The notes beneath the pieces were generated by a model, which was given only the letters and a program-made list of their open reading frames with translations, was not told where the DNA came from and searched no databases. From Candidatus Thorarchaeota archaeon (GTDB lineage: Archaea; Asgardarchaeota; Thorarchaeia; Thorarchaeales; Thorarchaeaceae), in NCBI GenBank assembly GCA_048882385.1, contig JBHLRQ010000002.1, positions 1-64,000 on the forward strand: 64,000 bases of DNA, read 5' to 3'. Position numbers and translations under genes: made by a program. This document shows, piece by piece, positions 56,026 to 64,000 of the stretch. Position 1 is the stretch's first letter. Each line of letters starts with the position of its first letter.

Positions 56026-56820
56026 CTATTCGAAATCTTCGTTCACTGTGTAGATTTCGTCCAGTTTGCTAGCTGCAAGAACCGAGGCTCCTACCAAAAT
56101 ATAGGACTCTATTGCAGTAACATAGTCAAACGGAGATCCTGGACAGTAGTTTACGAAGCTCCAGAATAGAATTCTGATGAAAAACAATAGGACTCCTAGA
56201 AACAAAAAGATGAGTGGTCTTACCATCAGTCCATTTCGCAGAGTCCACATGAGGCTCCCAAGTGCAATGAGAATCACACCGAGTCCCACAACCAAAGGGA
56301 TTGAAATGGCTGTGTAGAGAATCTGAAGTGGATTCAGCACGGCTACAACAACCAGACTGGCTAGTCCTGCTATAGAAGCCAAAGTAACAACGAATTGAAG
56401 TATTGAGTCTGTATTTGAAATGCCTAATGCAGAGTTTGACGAGCGCAGATATCCTAAAACTCCTAGTCCCCACAAGAGCAGCGCTGGCATCTGCACAAGA
56501 CCCACTGCGAAACAAATTTCGCTGCTGTTTCCTGTATAGTGGATGATCCCGCTTGCGATCTCTGATAGACTGAATACAACAAGCCCCAATGCCATCCAAA
56601 CATTCAATGAATGAAACCTGTCATCCTTGACGAGAGATTCATGACCAAAAGCATTCAGACCTAGAACTCCAAGCACAAGTGCAACTGTTGGAGATAGTAG
56701 TGTAACTATTATTAGAAGACTGGAAATGCTCCCTGCCCAATAGAGAATCAATGAAACAACTAGAATGGCAAGACCTGAGAAGATAATCAACCCTGTGTTC
56801 AGCCATCCTACTAACGACAC
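56026..56820 (-). CDS. Hypothetical polytopic membrane protein (7-8 TM, sensor-domain-like)
   Basis: Nearly all hydrophobic; likely GTG start at 56820 (ORF track start 56916). Confidence 0.6.
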   Translation of the reverse strand: MSLVGWLNTGLIIFSGLAILVVSLILYWAGSISSLLIIVTLLSPTVALVLGVLGLNAFGHESLVKDDRFHSLNVWMALGLVVFSLSEIASGIIHYTGNSSEICFAVGLVQMPALLLWGLGVLGYLRSSNSALGISNTDSILQFVVTLASIAGLASLVVVAVLNPLQILYTAISIPLVVGLGVILIALGSLMWTLRNGLMVRPLIFLFLGVLLFFIRILFWSFVNYCPGSPFDYVTAIESYILVGASVLAASKLDEIYTVNEDFE

Positions 56821-56894
56821 TTGATTCCTGCTCCTCGTGAACACTGTCAGATTGATTGAGAATTCCGTTTTGTATATTTTGCTGATATTGGTCT

Positions 56895-58085
56895 TCAAAC
56901 GGAGAGTGTTTCCCATTCAATCTCATATACGGTACTTGGATACTGTTGCTCGATTTCCCCCTTAGTATTAGTTACTATTCTGTTAATCGGGTTTGCTCCT
57001 GTGAGATCCTTTACTCTCCGAGTGATGAACTGTGTTAGGACTCGAAATCCGTCATTTAGGACAAAGGGTGCAATTGATCCTTTGATTGTTGCAGCAGTAA
57101 GTGAGCTTCTCATCTCGATGTCAACACCCATTTCGAGCGTGATATATGCCAACCATGGGTAATTACCAACCAACTCTTTCCTAGATACGAAAAAGATCTT
57201 ACGTGTTGCATTAAGTCCCACAATCATCGCGCAGTTTCTAAGTAATGATTGAAGGGCGGCTATGTATCTAACAGCTACAGCATGCGCTGGAGTAACAAGT
57301 TCAATCATTCTTCTTCTCTCAAGAAGTGCAACATCATCCAAGAATCTCCTCAAGTCTGATGTACGAAGTCTTTCTGCAGCAATTGAAAGTGGCGTTTCGC
57401 CATCGATCTCCGTTAGTGCTCGCACAGAATCTGGTGATAGTGTTTCATCTGGATAGGTTGTTTGAGCGAGGGTTGCTTGATAGATGTCATCAGGTTTGAC
57501 GGGATTGTAAATAGTGATTGCATTCTCCCAAAGTGCTTCTGCGGCAATATTCATTGCGACTTCTAAAGGAACTTCTAAGAAACTAGCTGCATCCTTTACA
57601 GAGCATATTTCTGGAATAAGCCTCAGGAATGACTGGACATCAGGTCTCTTCGTGTAGTATTCCCACTCTGGCCTGACTGTCATCATTGTTTCAGGTTTTA
57701 TTTTGTCTCTGATGAACTCATCAATCATACTTGCTTCAAAACGAGTATGTACTGCTAAATCTAGGTCGACCCATCTAAGTATACCGAACTGCTCCTCAAA
57801 CAGTTTAATGATACGTTTCAGCTTGTCTCTGATGTACGCACTGTCCTCCTTTAGGGAAATTGCACCAAGCGTCCATTCCCCAAACTCGACAACTATCCTG
57901 TAATTAGCTCCTTCAAAGGCTCTAGCTTGAGATTTTACCGACCTTGTAGCCTCGTCAAAAAAAGATGTCATTGCCACTAAGAAGGAGGATAAGAGTTGAG
58001 GATCAAATGCAGACTCGGTGAAGTCCTTGTGATATATGCAGACACCTGTATCTCTGCGGATTATATACAGGCTGTTAATCTCCAT
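56895..58085 (-). CDS. Longin-like domain + two winged-helix domains (NPRL2-like architecture)
   Basis: LYII..DTGVCIY...F....DPQLLSSFLVAMTSF; FLRLIPEICSVKDAASFLEV...; TEIDGETPLSIAAERL. Confidence 0.65.
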   Translation of the reverse strand: MEINSLYIIRRDTGVCIYHKDFTESAFDPQLLSSFLVAMTSFFDEATRSVKSQARAFEGANYRIVVEFGEWTLGAISLKEDSAYIRDKLKRIIKLFEEQFGILRWVDLDLAVHTRFEASMIDEFIRDKIKPETMMTVRPEWEYYTKRPDVQSFLRLIPEICSVKDAASFLEVPLEVAMNIAAEALWENAITIYNPVKPDDIYQATLAQTTYPDETLSPDSVRALTEIDGETPLSIAAERLRTSDLRRFLDDVALLERRRMIELVTPAHAVAVRYIAALQSLLRNCAMIVGLNATRKIFFVSRKELVGNYPWLAYITLEMGVDIEMRSSLTAATIKGSIAPFVLNDGFRVLTQFITRRVKDLTGANPINRIVTNTKGEIEQQYPSTVYEIEWETLSV

Positions 58086-58279
58086 GGGTTGAACCTCGAG
58101 TCTAGTATGGCGAACTGTAGATCTGCATCCTCCCGCGTTTCAGACAAAGATCTTGGCGCGTCTATGAGGATTAGACTCACAGATGCTTTTGAGCCTTCTA
58201 GTGATGTATACCAAAATGTGTGATTTTGTCCTACGGTCACCCTTATAGGAATAGAATGGGCTCTCAAGGTTTGATAGCT

Positions 58280-58888
58280 ATGTCAGAGAAAGAAGGGTCC
58301 GGAATCATCTGTCCCTCTTGTGAAAAGGGTGCATTAAATGTACGCTCTACACTCTATAGCATTCCCTTCTTCAATGAGCTTGCTATGTTCTCGATGAACT
58401 GTCCTCATTGCAACTTCAGCCATTCCGATGTCTTTTCTGCCGAAGAGAGAAAGCCAGCAAGGTTTACTCTTTATGTCAGTGATTCGTCACTTCTCCGTGC
58501 GAGAGTTGTAAGGTCAGGTTCAGGAACATTTCGACTTCCTGAGTTTGGAATCGATGTGGAACCCGGACCTGCAGCAGAATCCTTCATCACTAATGTGGAG
58601 GGTGTATTGTTACGCGTCAAGTCTGTCGTGGAAACTGCAATTGGATTTGCAGATGCTCCTGAGGAGAAAGCACGTGGGATTGAGATCCTTTCAAAAATAG
58701 ACAGAGCTCTTGCTGGTGATATTTCATTCTCATTGATCATGGAGGACCCCGTTGGAGTCAGCGGCATTATCCTCGATGATATGTCAAAGGTAAAGTATGA
58801 GGAGCTCAGTGCTGAAGAAGCTTCAAAATTAAAAGGTGCCCCCTTTTGGATTGATTCAATCCGTGAAGACTACTCAACTCAGGAATAG
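58280..58888 (+). CDS. ZPR1 zinc-finger domain protein (archaeal type)
   Basis: CPSC, IPFF, CPHCNF, RVVRS, IDVEPGP..ESFITNVEGVL, LIMEDP.G.S.I. Confidence 0.92.
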   Translation: MSEKEGSGIICPSCEKGALNVRSTLYSIPFFNELAMFSMNCPHCNFSHSDVFSAEERKPARFTLYVSDSSLLRARVVRSGSGTFRLPEFGIDVEPGPAAESFITNVEGVLLRVKSVVETAIGFADAPEEKARGIEILSKIDRALAGDISFSLIMEDPVGVSGIILDDMSKVKYEELSAEEASKLKGAPFWIDSIREDYSTQE

Positions 58889-59702
58889 CTTAAGTGACTT
58901 TCTTGCTGTGAAGATTAGATATCCAACATTTTCATACTCTCCCTCAGCCCTGAGAGAAATTGTCTTTCTCGTTCCTAAAAGTTTGCTGACTTGTCGACGG
59001 ACATGGCCATTGATGAGCATATGATAGACAAGTCTAAGAGTCGCTCCAGCCGCGCTTGACCTGTTTCTAGGCATTTCAAAGACATTTCTGTAGTTCTCAT
59101 TTACTTGAATGTCATCCAATCCCCTCTGATCGAACAGTGACCTCCATTCAGTGATACTCATTATTTCATTTTCAGCGCCTAGAATATCCATGAAGATCTG
59201 ATTGAATTTGTCACGAACGTCCGAGGGAGCAGTTTCTTTTACAAAGAGGTCTAGTGTGCCAATTACTCCACCTGGCTTCACTACTCTCAGAAATTCTTGC
59301 AAGACTTGATATTTGTCAGGGATTAAAGCTGTAACAGCCACAGTGAAGACAGCATCAAAGGTGTTGTTCTGAAAGGGAAGGTCTAATGCATTTGCGACCT
59401 CGAATCTTGCTTTAGTCAGGTTTTGGTCAATCGCACGCTCTCTGGCTTTTTCCACGAGGATTTCTGAGAGATCTATACCAATCAATTCACAATCGTATTT
59501 CTTTACAGTCATGCAACTAGTAAATCCCGATTCGCAACCAATTTCAAGAACTTGGCTATCTTGAGTGATTTGCAGTTGATCTAGTAGTTTGCTTGTTCCC
59601 TCGATTCCACCTATGAATGGCGAATTGAACGCACCAATATAACCTAAAAAGTCATAGATTCCGAGTTCTGTAATTTTCTTTTCGACTGAGTTTCCGTGTC
59701 AA
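58874..59702 (-). pseudogene. Class I SAM methyltransferase with a frameshift near the 5' end (pseudogene or sequence error)
   Basis: Main frame extends upstream of the ATG at 59512 (ITELGIYDFLGYIG..GG..GT..LL..VLEIGCESG) with no in-frame start; TTG at 59702 (MTRKLSRKE) joins it if one A of the run at 59674-59677 is removed. Confidence 0.65.
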
Positions 59703-59834
59703 TCTTGAACCTTCTTCTAAGACTATGTAGCAAATTGAATCAATAATATACTTGCTTTCTAAGTAGAATTCTTTTCGAAGGGGTAAATAGCGTAAGGGTT
59801 AAAACACTCAACCGGAAACCCACTCGGTAGACGT

Positions 59835-59911
59835 GGGCCGATAGATCAGCCTGGCAGATCGTCTGGTTTGCATCCAGAAGGTCGCGAGTTCAAATCTCGC
59901 TCGGTCCACCA
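59835..59911 (+). tRNA. tRNA-Ala(UGC), CCA encoded
   Basis: Acceptor GGGCCGA/TCGGTCC with G3:U70, anticodon arm TCTGG-TT-TGC-AT-CCAGA, T-arm GCGAG-TTCAAAT-CTCGC, ends ACCA. Confidence 0.95.
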
Positions 59912-59930
59912 ATTCCTTCTTTCACCAGGA

Positions 59931-60395
59931 TCATCGTCTGGAAAAGCCATCCAGTATCTCTTTGCCTTCTCTCTCAACACATTCCCTATGCGTAGCTCCT
60001 GTACTTTTGATGATTCTATATCCTACGTGCGCTGTTTCTGCTGACTCTTGATTTATAGACACAACGAGACCGCAGGAGGTCAAGAACAAACCAGGTTCAG
60101 AACCTCTACTCCATTGTTTGGCAGAGTGTATTGGCTCGCCATCCTTTGTGAGAAATGGTGTCGTAACTGCATATGTCCTGAGAATAAACAATCCAGAATA
60201 GGCTACAACAATGCCGATTAGAAAGATTCCAGTATTCACTGCATATCCAATTGGTTCCATATACATTTGTGGTGGGTTGTAAGGATGGTTGGCATCTGCA
60301 AACACCATCATAACAATGACCACCGGTATTATTGCCCATATTGCCCCGATGATTGCTACTGTCTGGCCAATTAATCGATAGAGCCTGTTTGTCAA
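59931..60395 (-). CDS. Hypothetical 2-TM membrane protein
   Basis: Two hydrophobic segments; start uncertain (TTG 60395 avoids overlap). Confidence 0.45.
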   Translation of the reverse strand: MTNRLYRLIGQTVAIIGAIWAIIPVVIVMMVFADANHPYNPPQMYMEPIGYAVNTGIFLIGIVVAYSGLFILRTYAVTTPFLTKDGEPIHSAKQWSRGSEPGLFLTSCGLVVSINQESAETAHVGYRIIKSTGATHRECVEREGKEILDGFSRR

Positions 60396-60432
60396 CTGAA
60401 TACTCCCTGGGATTATTATCTCGCTTACACAA

Positions 60433-61530
60433 TTAGGATTTTGGATTCTGTTGTCTATGACAAGGTACAATACACAAACCAGTTCCAGTAGGGGCTTGAT
60501 ACGCACCGGTCAGTTCATGCAAACCACAAAATGGATCATCTCGCAGAGACCCTGGTGCCAATTCGTGCGGATGGTTAAAGTTCGAGCCAGATAGAACAAT
60601 GTGCACTGCTGCAGAAACTCCAATCTGTGTTTCCCATGGACTGATCATCACACACTCAATCCCATATTCTTCAGCCAGCACAGCAATTCGTTTCGTCTGA
60701 AAGATACCTCCATGTTTGATTAGCTTCAATCCGAAGAGATTGACCGCATCATATTCTATCAGTTTCTTTGCATCCTCGTAAGTGTACACTGACTCGTCAG
60801 CCATCAATGGCACACTTGTCTTTCTCTGTAATTGTGCGAATCCTTGAAGATTCTCAATAGGTAATGGTTGTTCCAGATATTCGAGGTTTATCTCTTCTGC
60901 CACTCTGAGGAACTGGAGGGCTTCTGGCACCGTGTATCCTGTGTTTGCATCAGCTCGAATCTTTGCAGATTTTCCAACGGCTTCGCGGACCAGCCTCAAG
61001 GTTTCTACATCCTTTTCAACGTTCAATCCAACTTTGATTTTGACAGCACGCATTCCTGATTGAAGCTGTTGAACTGCCGCTTCAGCTATAGTTTCTGATG
61101 CTCCGATTCCCAGCACTGACGCTATCTCCACACACTCTTGTGCTTGGCCACCGAGAAGTTCGAAGACAGGAACGCCTCGTATCTTTCCCATCAGGTCATA
61201 GAGAGCTAGATCCACACCGGTCCTTGCGGTACCACCTACTGTTGGAAATTTATCAGTCAGGTTCTGATAGACATTCATGTCAAATGGGTTCTTTCCAATC
61301 AGATTGGGTGCAAGTTGATGATCAATCTCTCTCCGAATCTTGTCTGGGTCATCATCAAATGTAAAGGGTAATGGACAGGCTTCACCAACTCCTACCACTC
61401 CGTTATCTGACTCTATACTTACGATTACATGATGTCTAGTAGTTGGTTCCTTGCCGTACGTAGTTATGAAATCGTTTCCTGCAAGCTTGGTTTGAATCTG
61501 CTTCGTCTTGACCGACACTATCTTAGACAT
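60433..61530 (-). CDS. Enolase superfamily, MLE subgroup (dipeptide epimerase-like)
   Basis: GVGEA, DLALYDL.GK, KIKVG, DAN.GY, LEQP, ADES, LKLIKHGG. Confidence 0.9.
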   Translation of the reverse strand: MSKIVSVKTKQIQTKLAGNDFITTYGKEPTTRHHVIVSIESDNGVVGVGEACPLPFTFDDDPDKIRREIDHQLAPNLIGKNPFDMNVYQNLTDKFPTVGGTARTGVDLALYDLMGKIRGVPVFELLGGQAQECVEIASVLGIGASETIAEAAVQQLQSGMRAVKIKVGLNVEKDVETLRLVREAVGKSAKIRADANTGYTVPEALQFLRVAEEINLEYLEQPLPIENLQGFAQLQRKTSVPLMADESVYTYEDAKKLIEYDAVNLFGLKLIKHGGIFQTKRIAVLAEEYGIECVMISPWETQIGVSAAVHIVLSGSNFNHPHELAPGSLRDDPFCGLHELTGAYQAPTGTGLCIVPCHRQQNPKS

Positions 61531-61627
61531 CAATTTCACCTGATTATGTTGCTTGATGGCATCCTTCAAAATGATAAGTATTTGTTAAATGCATCCAACA
61601 TATTTGCTTCTAGAGTGTGTGATGTGA

Positions 61628-62017
61628 TTGGATGATTTTCAGCATATTTCAACTGCACTGAAATTCAATGAGCGGATTAATGCGAGAGACCTGACCGGTC
61701 TGGGAGAGATGATGACTGAAGACCATGTCTTCATTGACATACCTGGAGAAGTTCACAGCAGTCGACCGATGATGGTGTCTGGCTGGTTTGATTTTTTTAG
61801 GTTCTATCCTGACTACAGAAACAACTTCACTCATATCGAGGTGAAGGAGGGACTTGTCATTATGGTAGGATTCTCTGAATGTTCACATGATTCTCTTGAT
61901 GGTCCCGCAATCTGGACTGCAAAGATTCGAGATGGTCTCATCTCTGAATGGCGTGTCTATGAAGACAATGAGGATACACGCAAAGAATTGGGAATCACTT
62001 ATCCAATTGGAATCTGA
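61628..62017 (+). CDS. SnoaL-like/NTF2-family protein
   Basis: FNE.INARD..GL..MMTEDHVFID, W..FF..YPDY, IRDGLISEWRVY.D. Confidence 0.8.
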   Translation: MDDFQHISTALKFNERINARDLTGLGEMMTEDHVFIDIPGEVHSSRPMMVSGWFDFFRFYPDYRNNFTHIEVKEGLVIMVGFSECSHDSLDGPAIWTAKIRDGLISEWRVYEDNEDTRKELGITYPIGI

Positions 62018-62165
62018 ACTCTCTATTTGCTCAAACAATGTCGTAAAGTAACCCTTAAAGGGGGCCATCCTCGCGGAAATCGAAACAACAAGGGACAATG
62101 TGCGAGAGCTTTCGCCGGCCGACCTTGTGAATAGGTACGGATGCCCTTGAAGTGGTGAAAAGATA

Positions 62166-64000
62166 ATGCAGTTATTCGAGACATTTGCTGGAATGCACTG
62201 GTATGAACAAGCAATGATCTTCACAGTCATTCTGGCTGCTATTGCAAGTCTCGTGTACGCTTGGTGGCTCAGAAAAGGAGTCCTTCAACAGGACAAAGGG
62301 ACTGAGCAGATGCAGAAGGTTTGGAATGGCATTAGAGAGGGTGCTCTGTCCTATTTGAATAGGCAGCTGAAGACAATAATTCCTATACTAGTTGTCTTAT
62401 CCTTCTTGCTCTTCTTTACTATTTACATCACCGTCCCAGAGAGAGGTACACTAGAGCTATTTGGAATCGATCCAATTAATCCTGAATCGACTCCAGAAGC
62501 CCTTGCAGCAGCAAGGTTACTTGTTGGTCTAGGTCGTTCTCTAGCCTTTGTACTGGGTGCGAGCTTCTCTTTGATAGTTGGACAGCTTGGTATGCGTATT
62601 GCAGTTGAGTCCAACATTCGGGTTGCACAGGCTACACGAGAAGGTGAAGACAGATACAATAGAGCATTGACAATCTCGTACCGCGGTGGTACATTCACCG
62701 GAATGTTGACTGACGGTCTTGGCTTGGCTGGTGGAACTTTCATCTTCATAATATATGGAATTGCAGCTCCTGATGCACTTCTTGGTTTTGGACTTGGAGG
62801 TACACTTCTCGCACTTTTCATGAGAGTTGGTGGCGGTATATATACAAAAGCCGCTGACGTCGGTGCTGACCTTGTAGGAAAACTTGAGCAAGGACTACCT
62901 GAAGACGATCCACGAAATGCCGCTGTTGTAGCAGATCTTGTAGGAGATAATGTCGGTGACTGTGCAGGGATGGCAGCTGACATTTTCGAATCATATGAGG
63001 TGACAATCGTATCAGCTCTGATTCTGGCCATTGTCATCTTTCTTGAGAATCCAATCGGCCTCCTACCCGGTGGTCTATTGGCTGTAGTCGTCTTTCCACT
63101 CTTCATACGAGCTGTTGGTGTAATTTCATCAATGATTGGAACGGTAATGGTGCCTGTCTGGCCTAGGATCCTGAAGAAAAGTGCTGTATATGCAGAGAAA
63201 GCAATGTTTCTCTCCTATGAGGCATCAAGTGCATTTACTATCATTCTATCAATGCTGATATCTTGGTTCTATGTCGGAGACCTCCGATTTGGAATCTTGA
63301 TTGCTGTTGGTGTACTGCTTGCAGTATCATTCAATCCTATCACGAGCTACTTCACTTCACTGAAGAAACCACCTGTTCAAGAGATCGTCAAATCCGCTGA
63401 AACAGGTCATGCTACTTTCATTCTGTCAGGACTTGTAGCTGGCTACGAATCAACAGTTGCTGCCTTAGTTGTTATTGTCGCAACATTTGGTATTGCATGG
63501 GTTCTATTCCTAGCACCTGTTGCAGCTGCCTTGGCACCTTGGTTCGTTGCTGATGCCTATGGACATCTATGGACACTTTATGGTATTGCATTGATTGGTA
63601 TTGGAATGCTCTCACACACTGGCAATAATGTAGCCATGGACTCTTATGGTCCTATTAGCGACAATGCTGCTGGTATAGGTGAGCTATCACCTGGGGATTT
63701 TGATGAAACCTCAATGAAGACCATGGCTGAACTTGACGCAGTTGGAAACACAACCAAAGCTATCACAAAAGGAGTTGCTATTGCTTCAGCAGTCATTGCT
63801 GCAGTAAGCCTATTCGACAGCTATGTCGTTGTGGCCGGGTTGGAACACATCTTCATGGATGACCCAATTGTGTTCTCAGGTCTTCTGCTTGGTGCTGCAT
63901 TACCTTGGTTGTTCTCTGCACTGAATATCAAGGCTGTCACACGAGCCGCAGGCGAGATGGTCATGGAGGTTCGAAGACAGTTCAGGATACCTGGTATCCT
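62166..64000 (+). CDS. hppA: Membrane-integral H+-translocating pyrophosphatase, K+-independent signature; 3'-partial, absent from ORF track
   Basis: Manual translation: RVGGGIYTKAADVGADLVGK.E.GLPEDDPRN.AVVADLVGDNVGDCAGMAADIFES; DSYGPISDNA; LDAVGNTTKAITKG. Confidence 0.95.
   Translation, partial: MQLFETFAGMHWYEQAMIFTVILAAIASLVYAWWLRKGVLQQDKGTEQMQKVWNGIREGALSYLNRQLKTIIPILVVLSFLLFFTIYITVPERGTLELFGIDPINPESTPEALAAARLLVGLGRSLAFVLGASFSLIVGQLGMRIAVESNIRVAQATREGEDRYNRALTISYRGGTFTGMLTDGLGLAGGTFIFIIYGIAAPDALLGFGLGGTLLALFMRVGGGIYTKAADVGADLVGKLEQGLPEDDPRNAAVVADLVGDNVGDCAGMAADIFESYEVTIVSALILAIVIFLENPIGLLPGGLLAVVVFPLFIRAVGVISSMIGTVMVPVWPRILKKSAVYAEKAMFLSYEASSAFTIILSMLISWFYVGDLRFGILIAVGVLLAVSFNPITSYFTSLKKPPVQEIVKSAETGHATFILSGLVAGYESTVAALVVIVATFGIAWVLFLAPVAAALAPWFVADAYGHLWTLYGIALIGIGMLSHTGNNVAMDSYGPISDNAAGIGELSPGDFDETSMKTMAELDAVGNTTKAITKGVAIASAVIAAVSLFDSYVVVAGLEHIFMDDPIVFSGLLLGAALPWLFSALNIKAVTRAAGEMVMEVRRQFRIPGI

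Noticed and set aside
59835-62017. Possible integrated element at tRNA-Ala
   Set aside because: No integrase or transposase, and no duplicated tRNA 3' end (att site) seen in the window
62423-63106. 227-aa minus-strand ORF
   Set aside because: Antisense shadow of hppA, whose conserved motifs are on the plus strand

Overview
Gene-dense archaeal window, most likely from an Asgard archaeon (Thorarchaeia-like). This is inferred from ZPR1, DUF2070, thiolase+DUF35, several longin-like and coat-appendage-like proteins and giant Ig-repeat surface proteins, not from a marker gene. Housekeeping content: OsmC pair, gamma-CA, LeuA-family synthase, nitroreductase, acyl-CoA dehydrogenase, thiolase/DUF35, porDAB, nitrilase, UbiX, PadR plus a heterodimeric ABC exporter, ZPR1, tRNA-Ala(UGC), an enolase-superfamily epimerase and a K+-independent H+-PPase. 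The best novel candidate is a co-oriented cluster at 42521-48720. It encodes a catalytically dead SAMHD1-like HD protein, a small membrane protein, and two paralogues built of 8 strictly alternating CxxC-x21-CxxGH / CxxC-x21-CxxHG metal-binding modules fused to adaptin/COPI-appendage-like domains. Other highlights: two receptor-like surface proteins sharing an ectodomain but carrying different cytoplasmic outputs (longin+wH vs wHTH); an NPRL2-like longin-wH protein beside a multi-TM protein; an FG-GAP double-propeller surface protein missed by the ORF track; further pseudo-enzymes (LarA, M28); a frameshifted methyltransferase; a triple palindromic PadR operator; and two candidate structured RNAs. 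All domain calls are by-eye motif recognition without database searches.
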